In this document: in pieces, positions 1-8,167 of the stretch | How positions within the stretch are numbered: the stretch's first letter is position 1 | Layout: every line of letters begins with the position of its first letter | From: a virus | Lineage: Duplodnaviria; Heunggongvirae; Uroviricota; Caudoviricetes | Virus record (IMG/VR): IMGVR_UViG_3300039377_000120 | DNA: 9,482 nt | Direction: 5' to 3' (one strand) | The notes under the pieces: model-generated | Seen by the model: only the letters and a program-made list of their open reading frames with translations | What the model was told of the DNA's origin: nothing | Databases searched by the model: none | Program-made: the position numbers and the translations under genes

Positions 1-1
1 A

Positions 2-1528
2 AGCGCGGCGGCTGCTTCTGCCACTGCATCAGCTAACAGTCAAAAAGCAGCAAAAACCAGTGAAACCAACGCAAAGGCGAGCGAGACTGCGGCGGCGAAC
101 TCGGCGCAAGCATCGGCAGCAAGCCAGACAGCAGCTAAAGCAAGTGAAGACGCAGCCAGAGAGTATGCAAGCCAGGCAGCGGAGCCGTATAAACAAGTTT
201 TGCAGCCGTTGCCCGATGTGTGGATACCGTTTAATGATTCACTGGATATGATTACGGGCTTTTCGCCATCATATAAAAAAATTGTTATTGGCGACGATGA
301 AATAACAATGCCTGGCGACAAGATTGTAAAGTTTAAACGCGCATCGAAAGCAACTTACATTAATAAATCTGGTGTGCTGACAGAGGCTGCCATTGACGAG
401 CCACGATTTAAACGTGATGGCCTGCTTATTGAGGGGCAAAGAACTAACCTGCTAATCAATTCAACAAATCCGACTAAATGGAACAAGTCGTCAAATATGA
501 TCTTAAGTGCATCAGGTGTAGATGATTTCGGATTCCAGTACGCAAAATTTACATTAAAACCAGAAATGGTAGGGCAAATTTCAGCGATTAACATAGTAAC
601 CGTTTCCGGCAGTAAAGGTTTTGATGTAACAGGCGGAGAAAAGTATGTAACCATATCATGCAGGGTGCAAAGTGGCACTCCAAATTTAAGATGCCGATTA
701 CGATTTGAAAACTATGATGGTTCTACCTACACATTCTTAGGTGACGCTTACTTAAATACGACAGATTTATCTATTGATAAGACGGGTGGTGCCGCTAATC
801 GCATTACTGCAAGGGCTGTTAAAGATGAAGCAAGCAAATGGATCTTTTTTGAGGCGACAATTAAGGCACTTGATACAGAAAATATGATAGGTGGAATGGT
901 TCAGTATGCCCCGGCAAAAGGAGTGGGCACTGGCGCGGATGATTATATTTATATTGCGACCCCTCAAGTTGAAGGTGGGGCATGCGCTTCATCGTTTATT
1001 ATAACAGGCGCATCCCCTGTAACACGCGCCAGCGATATTGTAACGGTCCCCATTTCTCTAAATTGGTGCAATCCCGCTATTAGTTCATTAGCAGAAGTTA
1101 ATACCAATTGGGATGAATCGCCAAACAAAGAAGGTAGCGCACGTATTCTTAATATTTCCACTACGGGAGATACAACTGAAATTGCAGATGAAAGTTATAT
1201 GTATTTGGGGTATACATCTTTGGGAGCACGCGCAATCATTACAAATGGTAAAGGCACTAAAATAGAATATAAAAGCGTTATAGAACGACCAGAGAGAAAA
1301 AGCATTATCGGCTTTAGATTCACAGAAAGTCGAGAATTGTGTGTTGTGGTTAACGGTAATATTGGTGCTAAGGTAGTTTCTCCTTATAAAAAACACAAAT
1401 ATACAGGAGGCTTCATTAATATTGGTGGTCAATCATCATCCGGCAACCGTCACCTATTTGGACACGTTCGAAATCTGCGTATTTGGCACAAGGCATTGAC
1501 TGATGCTCAGATGGGGGAGTCAATCTAA
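2..1528 (+). CDS. stf: Side tail fibre protein, 5'-truncated by window edge; C-terminal region with a LamG/concanavalin-like motif
   Basis: Frame 2 is open from nt 2 with no stop; the supplied ORF at 200 begins at an internal TTG. The N-terminal part translates to an Ala/Ser/Thr-rich repeat (…KTSETNAKASETAAANSAQASAASQTAAKASEDAAREYASQAA…) typical of lambdoid Stf shafts. The C-terminus (…GNRHLFGHVRNLRIWHKALTDAQM) resembles the closing strand motif of LamG/ConA-like jelly-roll domains. Stop TAA at 1526-1528. Confidence 0.8.
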   Translation, partial: SAAAASATASANSQKAAKTSETNAKASETAAANSAQASAASQTAAKASEDAAREYASQAAEPYKQVLQPLPDVWIPFNDSLDMITGFSPSYKKIVIGDDEITMPGDKIVKFKRASKATYINKSGVLTEAAIDEPRFKRDGLLIEGQRTNLLINSTNPTKWNKSSNMILSASGVDDFGFQYAKFTLKPEMVGQISAINIVTVSGSKGFDVTGGEKYVTISCRVQSGTPNLRCRLRFENYDGSTYTFLGDAYLNTTDLSIDKTGGAANRITARAVKDEASKWIFFEATIKALDTENMIGGMVQYAPAKGVGTGADDYIYIATPQVEGGACASSFIITGASPVTRASDIVTVPISLNWCNPAISSLAEVNTNWDESPNKEGSARILNISTTGDTTEIADESYMYLGYTSLGARAIITNGKGTKIEYKSVIERPERKSIIGFRFTESRELCVVVNGNIGAKVVSPYKKHKYTGGFINIGGQSSSGNRHLFGHVRNLRIWHKALTDAQMGESI

Positions 1529-1809
1529 TGAAAGATTTAACACTCAAATTTGCCGACAGGGCCGACTTTTCGGCCTTTATGGGAAGTATTGGCTATTATA
1601 ATGACGAGTCGATGCAGGATGATATTCTGATTGATGTGATAGGTAACGTGTACAAAGAAACCGGAGAGCTGACTGAAGATGGCGAACCGGTATGTGTTAA
1701 GGAAGATGGATATTTTGTAAACGTGCGCATTATTAAGGATATGCAAATATCGTCATTATTCGATGAATACGCGGTTGCTGTTGAGCATCAACTTCGTGGC
1801 TGGATGTGA
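1528..1809 (+). CDS. Hypothetical acidic 93-aa protein, translationally coupled to the tail fibre gene
   Basis: ATG at 1528 overlaps the stf stop (TAATG); GGGGGAG Shine-Dalgarno at 1514-1520. Occupies the position where a Tfa tail-fibre assembly chaperone is normally found, but I see no resemblance to Tfa. Confidence 0.55.
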   Translation: MKDLTLKFADRADFSAFMGSIGYYNDESMQDDILIDVIGNVYKETGELTEDGEPVCVKEDGYFVNVRIIKDMQISSLFDEYAVAVEHQLRGWM

Positions 1810-1818
1810 GGTAGAGAA

Positions 1819-2523
1819 ATGGCTACATCAACAGTAATTCCGGGAGACATCACCACGCTGAAGGGAGATGTTAGTAAAGCAAAGGAAGATATTTCCTCTA
1901 TTAACGGAAAAGTATCAACGCTTCAGACTGATATGGCCAGTGCAAAGCAGGATATCAGCACCAGATACACAAAAACTGAAGTTGATAATAAGCTGAAAAA
2001 CAAAGTGGAAGTGAACGATCTGGAAAGTGGTCGTTATGGCGGAGATTTTTACCCGCTGACTGGCCGTGAAGCGTTTTATTTATGGGGATTGGGCACAACT
2101 ACAGCGGCGGCAAATCTTTATCTTAATCCTGACCCTGCAATTTCGTCTGTGCTGCGGTCAACATCGTCTATCCGCTATAAACATTCAGTAGAGACGATAG
2201 ATTCAGAGCACGCCGATCTCATTTTCAGGATGCGCCCTGTGTGGTACAGGTCGCAATGCGAAAATGACAGGCGTGACTGGGGATTCTATGGATTGATTGC
2301 CGAGGAAGTTGGAGAAATTGCCCCTCAGTTTGTTCACTGGCGACCAGCCAACGAAGATGATGCACCGGAAACCATTTCCAGCAATGGCCTTGTTGCCGAA
2401 GGTGTAATGTACGAACGTCTGGTTGTTCCACTGATTCACCATATCCAGAAGCTGACTGAAAGAGTTGATGAACTTGAGTCAGAATTAAAGTTGTTATCCG
2501 TTTCCCGAAGCGATATCGGATAA
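1819..2523 (+). CDS. Tail-fibre-like protein with C-terminal peptidase S74 (endosialidase-type intramolecular chaperone) domain
   Basis: GAGG Shine-Dalgarno at 1808-1811, ATG at 1819. N-terminal coiled-coil-like segment, then S116-S-I-R-Y-K121 (the S-x-x-R-x-K dyad spacing of the autoproteolytic site), then …LIFRMRPVWY…GFYGLIAEEVGEIAPQFV…GLVAEGVMYERLVVPLIHHIQKLTERVDELESELK, which matches the S74 chaperone pattern including the C-terminal coiled coil. Confidence 0.75.
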   Translation: MATSTVIPGDITTLKGDVSKAKEDISSINGKVSTLQTDMASAKQDISTRYTKTEVDNKLKNKVEVNDLESGRYGGDFYPLTGREAFYLWGLGTTTAAANLYLNPDPAISSVLRSTSSIRYKHSVETIDSEHADLIFRMRPVWYRSQCENDRRDWGFYGLIAEEVGEIAPQFVHWRPANEDDAPETISSNGLVAEGVMYERLVVPLIHHIQKLTERVDELESELKLLSVSRSDIG

Positions 2524-2533
2524 AGGAGGCGTA

Positions 2534-2827
2534 ATGGATATAACACCTTTCCTTCATGCACTTTGTGCTGTGGCTGCGCAGGTACTGGTTGGTCTTTTTA
2601 CCGGAAACTGGGCTTACGGGGCGATAGCTGGTTGTACGTTCTTCATTGCGCGTGAACATACCCAGGCAGAATATCGCTGGATTGAAATGTTCGGGCATGG
2701 CAAGCGTATGAATATGCCGTGGTGGGGTGGTTTTGATCCGCGCGTGTGGGATGTGGCAAGCCTGATGGATTTTTCTGTGCCGGTGGTGGCTTGTCTGCTG
2801 GTCTGGCTGTTGGTTAATCGTGGGTGA
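2534..2827 (+). CDS. Small hydrophobic protein, 97 aa, predicted 2-3 transmembrane segments
   Basis: AGGAGG Shine-Dalgarno at 2524-2529 directly after the upstream stop; ATG at 2534. Hydrophobic stretches at the N-terminus (LHALCAVAAQVLVGLF) and C-terminus (FSVPVVACLLVWLLV). Last gene of the + strand cluster. Confidence 0.55.
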   Translation: MDITPFLHALCAVAAQVLVGLFTGNWAYGAIAGCTFFIAREHTQAEYRWIEMFGHGKRMNMPWWGGFDPRVWDVASLMDFSVPVVACLLVWLLVNRG

Positions 2828-3005
2828 AAAAGGGAGTTGTAAACGCAACACAGGAAGAGGTGCCGCTTCAGGTTGCTGGGAATAAGCGCCGGGGTCTGTT
2901 AAATCATGCCAATACGCTAATCGAGCCAGATATTGAGTAGCCTGCAGTCCGTCATGGCGTAATCGTTTTGTGATATGCTGCACGCCGTATGCAAGGAGCA
3001 TGATT

Positions 3006-3027
3006 GCGCTCGACTGGCGAGCGCTCG
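3006..3027. repeat. Nested GC-rich palindromes (gcgctcg-actgg-cgagcgc, and cgagcgctcg) flanked by an 8-bp direct repeat atgattgc at 3000-3007 and 3044-3051
   Basis: Read directly from the sequence. 7-bp stem with 5-nt loop, no adjacent T-tract. Lies in non-coding DNA after the prophage gene cluster. Confidence 0.4.
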
Positions 3028-3292
3028 ATAGTGCTACTATTGAATGATTGCTAGTCTAGGCGGATTGTACTTAAGTAATATGACGGTTCAAGGCGTTTAA
3101 TCTGAAACCAGCCACATATTAGCCTTTTCAAACATTTCCTGAACACTCAGGCTTACCTGCTCTTTCTCGTGCTTGCGCTGGCATTTGTGTTGAGCGCCGG
3201 TGAATACTCTTACTCAACACTCCCAGAATTATATCTGTTGCATCAGGCAGACCATCAAAATTCTTTTGTCATAAACGAGTTCCACGAATAAT

Positions 3293-3311
3293 GTGCCCTA
3301 TGGTAGGGCAC
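3293..3311. repeat. Perfect 8-bp inverted repeat gtgcccta-tgg-tagggcac (hairpin or dimeric protein-binding site)
   Basis: Exact reverse complement arms with a 3-nt spacer. Sits 64 nt downstream of the stop of the AT-rich gene on the - strand; no U-tract on either strand, so not a canonical intrinsic terminator. Confidence 0.4.
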
Positions 3312-3374
3312 TATTGATATGAATGAGTAGCTAAAAAGATTTTTCGTTATGTATTAATGTATCTGTCACTTATT

Positions 3375-4169
3375 TTATAGTAAAGATGATATGCCAGCAA
3401 GAAATGGAGTAAATACTGTAATGTGTGCAGATACATTATTAATAAAGTCCTTATATGCTTCTTTAAAACAGCCGCTTTGGTGACTGGCTGCCAGTGCCTG
3501 TACATTATCTATAAGGTGTGATTCTGTCGCGCCATCAAAGTTTTTCGATTTTATTGCCTCAATCATTTCATTAAATATTGTGGGCTCATTATAATTTGTC
3601 GTAGTAGTTGCCGTAGCACCTGAAGAATGTATATTGATACTAGAACCGGAAATTCCACTGACATGAATATTAGCTTCTTGTTTCATAAGAGGTAAACCAT
3701 TCTCCATCTTGTATAGGTCACTATCTTGTAGCATCTGCAATGTGATACGTACTGCTGCTAATAGTTGTTCTTGCTTTTTGAATAAGGAACACATCTGTTC
3801 TACAGACCAAAGCTGAACTGCATTTTCTTCGCATGTTTTTTTAGCTATATTTGGCACTTTCGAATCATAATTACCATAAACCCAAGTGTCCTTGAATCTT
3901 TCGATAATAGCTGTCAACGTTGGAAATTTACTGAAATCACTATTAATGGATAGTAACTCATCAGACATATAAAGTGCCATATCTCTGCCTTCCGCATATA
4001 CTGCTTCCACTTTATTCCGTGTTGCAAATGGTATTCTTGAAATAAAACGAAAATCCTCTTCATTTTTTAAATGGACCCAGTCTTTATCAAAACGGCTAAA
4101 TTCGTACCCTATCGATAACAGTCTACTTATATATTGGGCTACTGATTCCAAATCTTTTCTTATGTCCAA
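3375..4169 (-). CDS. Hypothetical AT-rich orphan protein (about 264 aa; maximal ORF 271 aa to 4190); candidate prophage moron or anti-phage/abortive-infection gene
   Basis: Long uninterrupted - strand ORF; stop TAA at 3375-3377. The only plausible start is TTG at 4167-4169, preceded by AGGAG (4177-4181, 7-nt spacer); the TTG at 4190 has no Shine-Dalgarno. No in-frame ATG until about residue 70. GC content is visibly lower than the flanking sit and phage genes. Contains a Ser/Thr-rich low-complexity linker (HVSGISGSSINIHSSGATATTTT) and a hydrophobic C-terminus. Confidence 0.6.
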   Translation of the reverse strand: MDIRKDLESVAQYISRLLSIGYEFSRFDKDWVHLKNEEDFRFISRIPFATRNKVEAVYAEGRDMALYMSDELLSINSDFSKFPTLTAIIERFKDTWVYGNYDSKVPNIAKKTCEENAVQLWSVEQMCSLFKKQEQLLAAVRITLQMLQDSDLYKMENGLPLMKQEANIHVSGISGSSINIHSSGATATTTTNYNEPTIFNEMIEAIKSKNFDGATESHLIDNVQALAASHQSGCFKEAYKDFINNVSAHITVFTPFLAGISSLL

Positions 4170-4641
4170 AGTATTACTCCTGCTTGTCAACCGAATCTGT
4201 CGGTTTTCTTACAAATGGCTTGTCTTTAAAGTTCTGATTAAAAAGACGCTAACCAATACTTAATAATACATGAAAAAAAAGCGCATAAGCTGGCTTTTTT
4301 ATCAATCGGGAACTGCGGCCCCTTTGCGTATCCTTTTTTGTTTCTTCACCGTCTGGTCGGTGTTCTGCTGAGACTGCTAATTTCCTGTTTTTGCTAGTGC
4401 TGTCTTGGCACTGTCCATCGTGATTGGTGGACTGGTGAAGTTGAAACCGCAGACACGTCGTATGCAAGAACGTGCTGCGGCTGGCTGGTGAACTTCCGAT
4501 AGTGCGAGTATTGAATGATTTACAGCCGTTATTGATTTTACATATTTTTTGTATGAAAGGATTAGCGCCTCCTCCCAACGTCCGCCCATGACTTTCTGGA
4601 CTGCAGTGTACTAGCGGACAATGCTGCCCTCGGATGTTGTG

Positions 4642-5499
4642 CTAATTGGGGGATAACAGATCCTGTCTATGAGCGTTTCCCTTTGTGCGTGCGTTGAAAC
4701 TGATAACGGTAAACGTCATGATGAACACAACCGCGAATAAGACGACAATCGTCGGAGCTGGTGCGCTGTCGATAAAAAAGGACAGCCAAACACCAGTCAT
4801 TGAGACTATTACCGATATGCCAGTCGCCAGTAGGAGTGCAATATGAAAGCGTTGTGTCAGGAGTACCGCAATGGCGCCAGGCGCAATGAGCAGAGAAATG
4901 GAGAGAATGATACCTACTGCTTTCAGCGTCGCCACAATGGTCAGGGAAACCATGCACAGCAGCCCATAATGCAGCCATCGCGTATGCAAACCGCTTACCT
5001 GCGCCTGTTGATAATCAAAGCTGAACAGCAAAAAATCCCGCCATTTTACGCTAATAACAAGTGTAACCAGCCCGGCAATAATCATCGTCTGGATTATATC
5101 GCCGATGGTTACCCCGAGCATGTCGCCGAAAAGAATATGGTCAAGATGTATGTCTGGTTTGACTGCAATATACAAGATCAGACCTGCGGCAAACATGCCA
5201 GAAAAAACAATCCCCATCACTGTATCTTGCTTGATTCGGCTGTTGTCTTTCAGGTATCCCGTCGCCACCGCGCAGAATACTCCGGCGATAAATGCCCCTG
5301 TAGCCAGAGGTAACCCCAGAATCCAGGCAAGCACGATGCCAGGAAAAACCGCATGACTCATCGCGTCACCCATCAGTGCCCAACCTTTCAGGACCAGAAA
5401 GACCGACAGCAGCGCACAGGGTATGGAAACTACCAGTGAAATCAGCAGTGCGTGACTCATAAAGGTGAACTGCAGTGGCTCCAGTAATAATGCCATCAT
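4642..5499 (-). CDS. sitD: Mn2+/Fe2+ ABC transporter permease SitD (ABC-3 family)
   Basis: 285-aa polytopic membrane protein, paralogous to the upstream permease; start overlaps the sitC stop by 4 nt (ATGA); fourth gene of the binding-protein/ATPase/permease/permease operon. Confidence 0.88.
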   Translation of the reverse strand: MMALLLEPLQFTFMSHALLISLVVSIPCALLSVFLVLKGWALMGDAMSHAVFPGIVLAWILGLPLATGAFIAGVFCAVATGYLKDNSRIKQDTVMGIVFSGMFAAGLILYIAVKPDIHLDHILFGDMLGVTIGDIIQTMIIAGLVTLVISVKWRDFLLFSFDYQQAQVSGLHTRWLHYGLLCMVSLTIVATLKAVGIILSISLLIAPGAIAVLLTQRFHIALLLATGISVIVSMTGVWLSFFIDSAPAPTIVVLFAVVFIMTFTVISFNARTKGNAHRQDLLSPN

Positions 5500-6353
5500 G
5501 AGCGATCCTCCAGCGCTTTATGCGCACGCCGACGATTTGCCAAAAGCCCATGGGTGGGCGCAAATACAAATGCTAAAAGAAACAGCAGTGTCTGCGCCAC
5601 CACGATGATTCCACCTGTCGCGCCGTCCAGAAAGTAACTGACCCACGCGCCGAGGAAACTGGTTACACTGCCAATAGTTACAGCAATTATGAGCAGGCGG
5701 GGAAAACGATCGGTTAACAACCATGCTGTTGCACCGGGAGTCACCACCAGACAGATCACCAGAAAGGCACCAACCGTTTGCAGCGCCGCAACGGTCGAAA
5801 CCGACAGCAGGGTGAAGAAGAGGATTTTTAATCTGCCCGGATGCAATCCAATAGCACGGGCGTGATTCTCGTCGAAAAAGGTCACCATAAGATCTTTCCA
5901 TTTGAAAAAAAGCACGATGATCGAGAGAATGCCAATGATAGTGAGTTGCAGGATATCCGCCGGATCGATTGCCAGAATATTGCCCAGGACGATGGTCTGA
6001 ATGTTCACGGATGTCGGGTTCAATGACACCATAAACAGCCCCAGGCCAAAAAAGGAGGAGAAGATCAGGCCGATGATGGCATCTTCTTTTAAGCGAGTGC
6101 GTTGGTTAAGAAACAGCATGCTGCCCGCTGCCAGTCCGCCGGAAAAGAAGGCTCCCAGAGAAAACGGAAGCCCCAGCATATATGCCCCCGCAACACCCGG
6201 GACAATAGAGTGCGACAGCGCATCGCCAATCAGCGACCAGCCTTTTAGCATCAGATAGCATGACAGGAAAGCGCAGAGACCGCCGACCATCGCCGAGACC
6301 CACATCGCATTGAGCATATATTCATAGCTGAAGGGTTCCAGTAGCACGTTCAT
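5496..6353 (-). CDS. sitC: Mn2+/Fe2+ ABC transporter permease SitC (ABC-3 family)
   Basis: 285-aa hydrophobic protein with multiple transmembrane segments; start overlaps the sitB stop by 4 nt; same size and architecture as SitD. Confidence 0.88.
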   Translation of the reverse strand: MNVLLEPFSYEYMLNAMWVSAMVGGLCAFLSCYLMLKGWSLIGDALSHSIVPGVAGAYMLGLPFSLGAFFSGGLAAGSMLFLNQRTRLKEDAIIGLIFSSFFGLGLFMVSLNPTSVNIQTIVLGNILAIDPADILQLTIIGILSIIVLFFKWKDLMVTFFDENHARAIGLHPGRLKILFFTLLSVSTVAALQTVGAFLVICLVVTPGATAWLLTDRFPRLLIIAVTIGSVTSFLGAWVSYFLDGATGGIIVVAQTLLFLLAFVFAPTHGLLANRRRAHKALEDRS

Positions 6354-7177
6354 CTTGCTTCCCTCTGCACCGCTGACGGTCGATGTGCCACAAAAGGGTG
6401 TTCATCGTCAGTAATAATGCTTTCTTCCGAGGCGTTAAGTGTGACATGGCGCAGTACGCCGCTAAAAGCCAGCTCCAGGTTCTCGGCTGTAAAAGTGGTG
6501 TCTGTCGGCCCGCTTGCCAGGACGGTGCCTTTGACCATGACCGTATAATCGCAAAATGTCGTGACTGAGCCGAGATTGTGCGTTGAGACAAGCATCGTCT
6601 TGCCTTCCGCGCGTAACTCCCTCAACAGGCTGATGATTTTCGCTTCGGTTTTCACATCAACGCCGGTAAAAGGTTCATCCAGCAGGATCACATCACCCTG
6701 CTGTGCAATCGCTCTCGCCAGAAAGACGCGTTTCTTTTGTCCACCGGAAAGCTCGCCGATTTGTCGATGGCGAAAATCCACCATATCGACACGTTCCAGC
6801 GCATCGGTGACAATCTGACGATCCCTCTTTTTGGCTATACGCAACATACCCATGTGCCCATAGCGGCCCATCATCACCACATCTTCCACTAGTACAGGAA
6901 ATGACCAGTCAACCTCTTCTGACTGAGGGACGTAGGCAACCAGGTTTTTCTGTAGCGCCTGTCGCGTGGGAATACCCAGAACAGATATCTTTCCGCTGGT
7001 CAGACGCACAAATCCCATAATCGCTTTAAACAACGTCGATTTTCCGGAACCGTTTACCCCAACCAGAGCGGCAATAGATCCACTTGGTACTGTGAAGGAT
7101 GCATCGCGCAGTGCTGTGTGCCCGTTACGCCAGGTGACAGTAACATCATTAACGACAATGCCCGCAGATTGCATCAT
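6350..7177 (-). CDS. sitB: Mn2+/Fe2+ ABC transporter ATP-binding protein SitB
   Basis: Walker A (GVNGSGKST), ABC signature (LSGGQKKR) and Walker B (ILLDEP) are all present in the translation; start ATG overlaps the sitA stop by 1 nt (TAATG). Confidence 0.9.
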   Translation of the reverse strand: MMQSAGIVVNDVTVTWRNGHTALRDASFTVPSGSIAALVGVNGSGKSTLFKAIMGFVRLTSGKISVLGIPTRQALQKNLVAYVPQSEEVDWSFPVLVEDVVMMGRYGHMGMLRIAKKRDRQIVTDALERVDMVDFRHRQIGELSGGQKKRVFLARAIAQQGDVILLDEPFTGVDVKTEAKIISLLRELRAEGKTMLVSTHNLGSVTTFCDYTVMVKGTVLASGPTDTTFTAENLELAFSGVLRHVTLNASEESIITDDEHPFVAHRPSAVQREAR

Positions 7178-8091
7178 TATTTCTCCCTTTTCCCGGCTTT
7201 AATTCCCTGTACCAGCGTACTGGTAGTAACCTTCAGAAGGTCGATATACGTAGGTACCGGGCCGTTTTCTGTGCTCAGGGAATCGACATAGAGTACACCG
7301 CCGTAGTGCGCGCCGGTTTCACGCGCAACCTGACGCGCTGGTTTATCGGAAATCGTACTCTCGCTAAAGACTGCCGGGATATGATTTTTCTTCACCATAT
7401 CAACAACCTTACGTACCTGCTGCGGCGTGCCTTGTTGATCGGCATTAATCGGCCACAGATAAAGCTCTTTTAGCCCCAAATCGCGTGCGAGATAAGAAAA
7501 AGCCCCTTCACTGGTGACCATCCATCGCTGATTCTCAGGGAGTTCAGCAATCTGCTTACGCAGGGGGGCAAGGGTTTGGGTAATCTTGGCTTTATAAGTA
7601 TCGGCATTACGTTGGTAGGTTTGTGCATTTGCCGGATCGTATTTTATCAACGCATCACGAATATTATCGACGTAAATCAGAGCATTATCTGGCGACATCC
7701 AGGCATGGGGGTTAGGTTTGCCCTCATAGGGGCCTTCAGTGATCCCTACTGGCGTCACACCCGAAGAGACAATTACTTCTGGAACCCCATTAAGATGCTG
7801 GTAAAAGCGTTGGAACCACAATTCCAGATTCATACCATTGGCGAGAATCAGTTGTGCCTCCTGCGCACGTTTAATATCGCCAGGGGTAGGCTGATACTCA
7901 TGAATTTCTGCACCGGGCTTGGTTATGGATGAGACTTCTGCAGCATCTCCAGCCACGTTTTTGGCCATATCTGCGATGATGGTAAATGTTGTAATGACCT
8001 TGAATTTTTCAGTTGCACTCGCCTGAAATGCGATCGAGCAGGTGAGGGCGAGGCACCCCAAGAGCATGGTTACTTTTTTTATTGAGTACAT
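7177..8091 (-). CDS. sitA: Periplasmic Mn2+/Fe2+-binding protein SitA (TroA/ZnuA-like cluster 9 binding protein)
   Basis: N-terminal signal peptide ([18 protein letters not shown]); metal-ligand-like His motifs ([17 protein letters not shown]) typical of TroA-like binding proteins; first gene of the operon. Start could alternatively be the in-frame ATG at 8067. Confidence 0.88.
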   Translation of the reverse strand: MYSIKKVTMLLGCLALTCSIAFQASATEKFKVITTFTIIADMAKNVAGDAAEVSSITKPGAEIHEYQPTPGDIKRAQEAQLILANGMNLELWFQRFYQHLNGVPEVIVSSGVTPVGITEGPYEGKPNPHAWMSPDNALIYVDNIRDALIKYDPANAQTYQRNADTYKAKITQTLAPLRKQIAELPENQRWMVTSEGAFSYLARDLGLKELYLWPINADQQGTPQQVRKVVDMVKKNHIPAVFSESTISDKPARQVARETGAHYGGVLYVDSLSTENGPVPTYIDLLKVTTSTLVQGIKAGKREK

Positions 8092-8123
8092 AATTTAGTA
8101 CCTATAGTGAGCAAAATTAGAAC

Positions 8124-8145
8124 AAACATAGCAACGGCTATGTTT
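8124..8145. promoter_or_regulatory. MntR box: perfect inverted repeat AAACATAGC-aacg-GCTATGTTT in the sitA promoter/leader
   Basis: 9-bp arms are exact reverse complements; closely resembles the MntR operator of E. coli mntH as I recall it. Lies 33-54 nt upstream of the sitA start. Confidence 0.6.
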
Positions 8146-8167
8146 TATAGCATAAGCAATACAAAAT

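Larger units (their letters stand above)
1..2827 (+). mobile_element. Prophage fragment: distal tail-fibre module of a lambdoid prophage (window begins inside it)
   Basis: Four co-directional, tightly spaced or overlapping genes starting inside a side-tail-fibre gene. No integrase, tRNA or recognisable att site in the window, so the right boundary is not defined. Confidence 0.6.

Noticed and set aside
40-321. 93-aa - strand ORF and 63-aa + strand ORF (60-251) at the window start
   Set aside because: Both lie inside the open side-tail-fibre reading frame (frame 2 from nt 2). The Ala/Arg-rich translations are what the repetitive GC-rich shaft coding sequence produces in other frames.
355-1432. 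Several 65-114-aa - strand ORFs (355-678, 767-967, 964-1161, 1088-1432)
   Set aside because: All are antisense to the tail fibre CDS, short and Cys/Phe/Ile-rich, with no start-site signals; treated as chance frames.
2824-2940. 38-codon GTG-initiated ORF (VKKGVVNATQEEVPLQVAGNKRRGLLNHANTLIEPDIE) overlapping the stop of the 97-aa gene
   Set aside because: No Shine-Dalgarno, very short, and no recognisable motif; possibly a remnant of a displaced downstream gene, but not supportable as a feature.
2225-3001. 258-aa ORF on the - strand
   Set aside because: Entirely antisense to the well-supported + strand genes at 1819-2523 and 2534-2827. The translation is His/Arg/Gln/Pro-rich, typical of a spurious antisense frame, and it has no Shine-Dalgarno.
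3060-3110. Possible tRNA or tRNA-fragment att site near ggttcaagg
   Set aside because: GGTTCAAGG resembles a T-loop, but the flanking bases cannot form a T-stem and no acceptor or anticodon arms can be built, so no tRNA is called.
4274-4296. A8-GC … GC-T6 dyad that could be read as a bidirectional terminator
   Set aside because: The stem would be almost entirely A-U pairs with a 10-nt loop, which is too weak to call; it more likely reflects AT-rich promoter DNA of the orphan gene.
4667-6591. Multiple ORFs overlapping the sit genes in other frames or on the + strand (for example 4843-5313, 5105-5356, 5518-5901, 6001-6258, 6322-6591)
   Set aside because: They overlap the strongly supported sitB/C/D frames, which carry Walker and ABC motifs or hydrophobic helices, and have atypical composition; treated as shadow ORFs.
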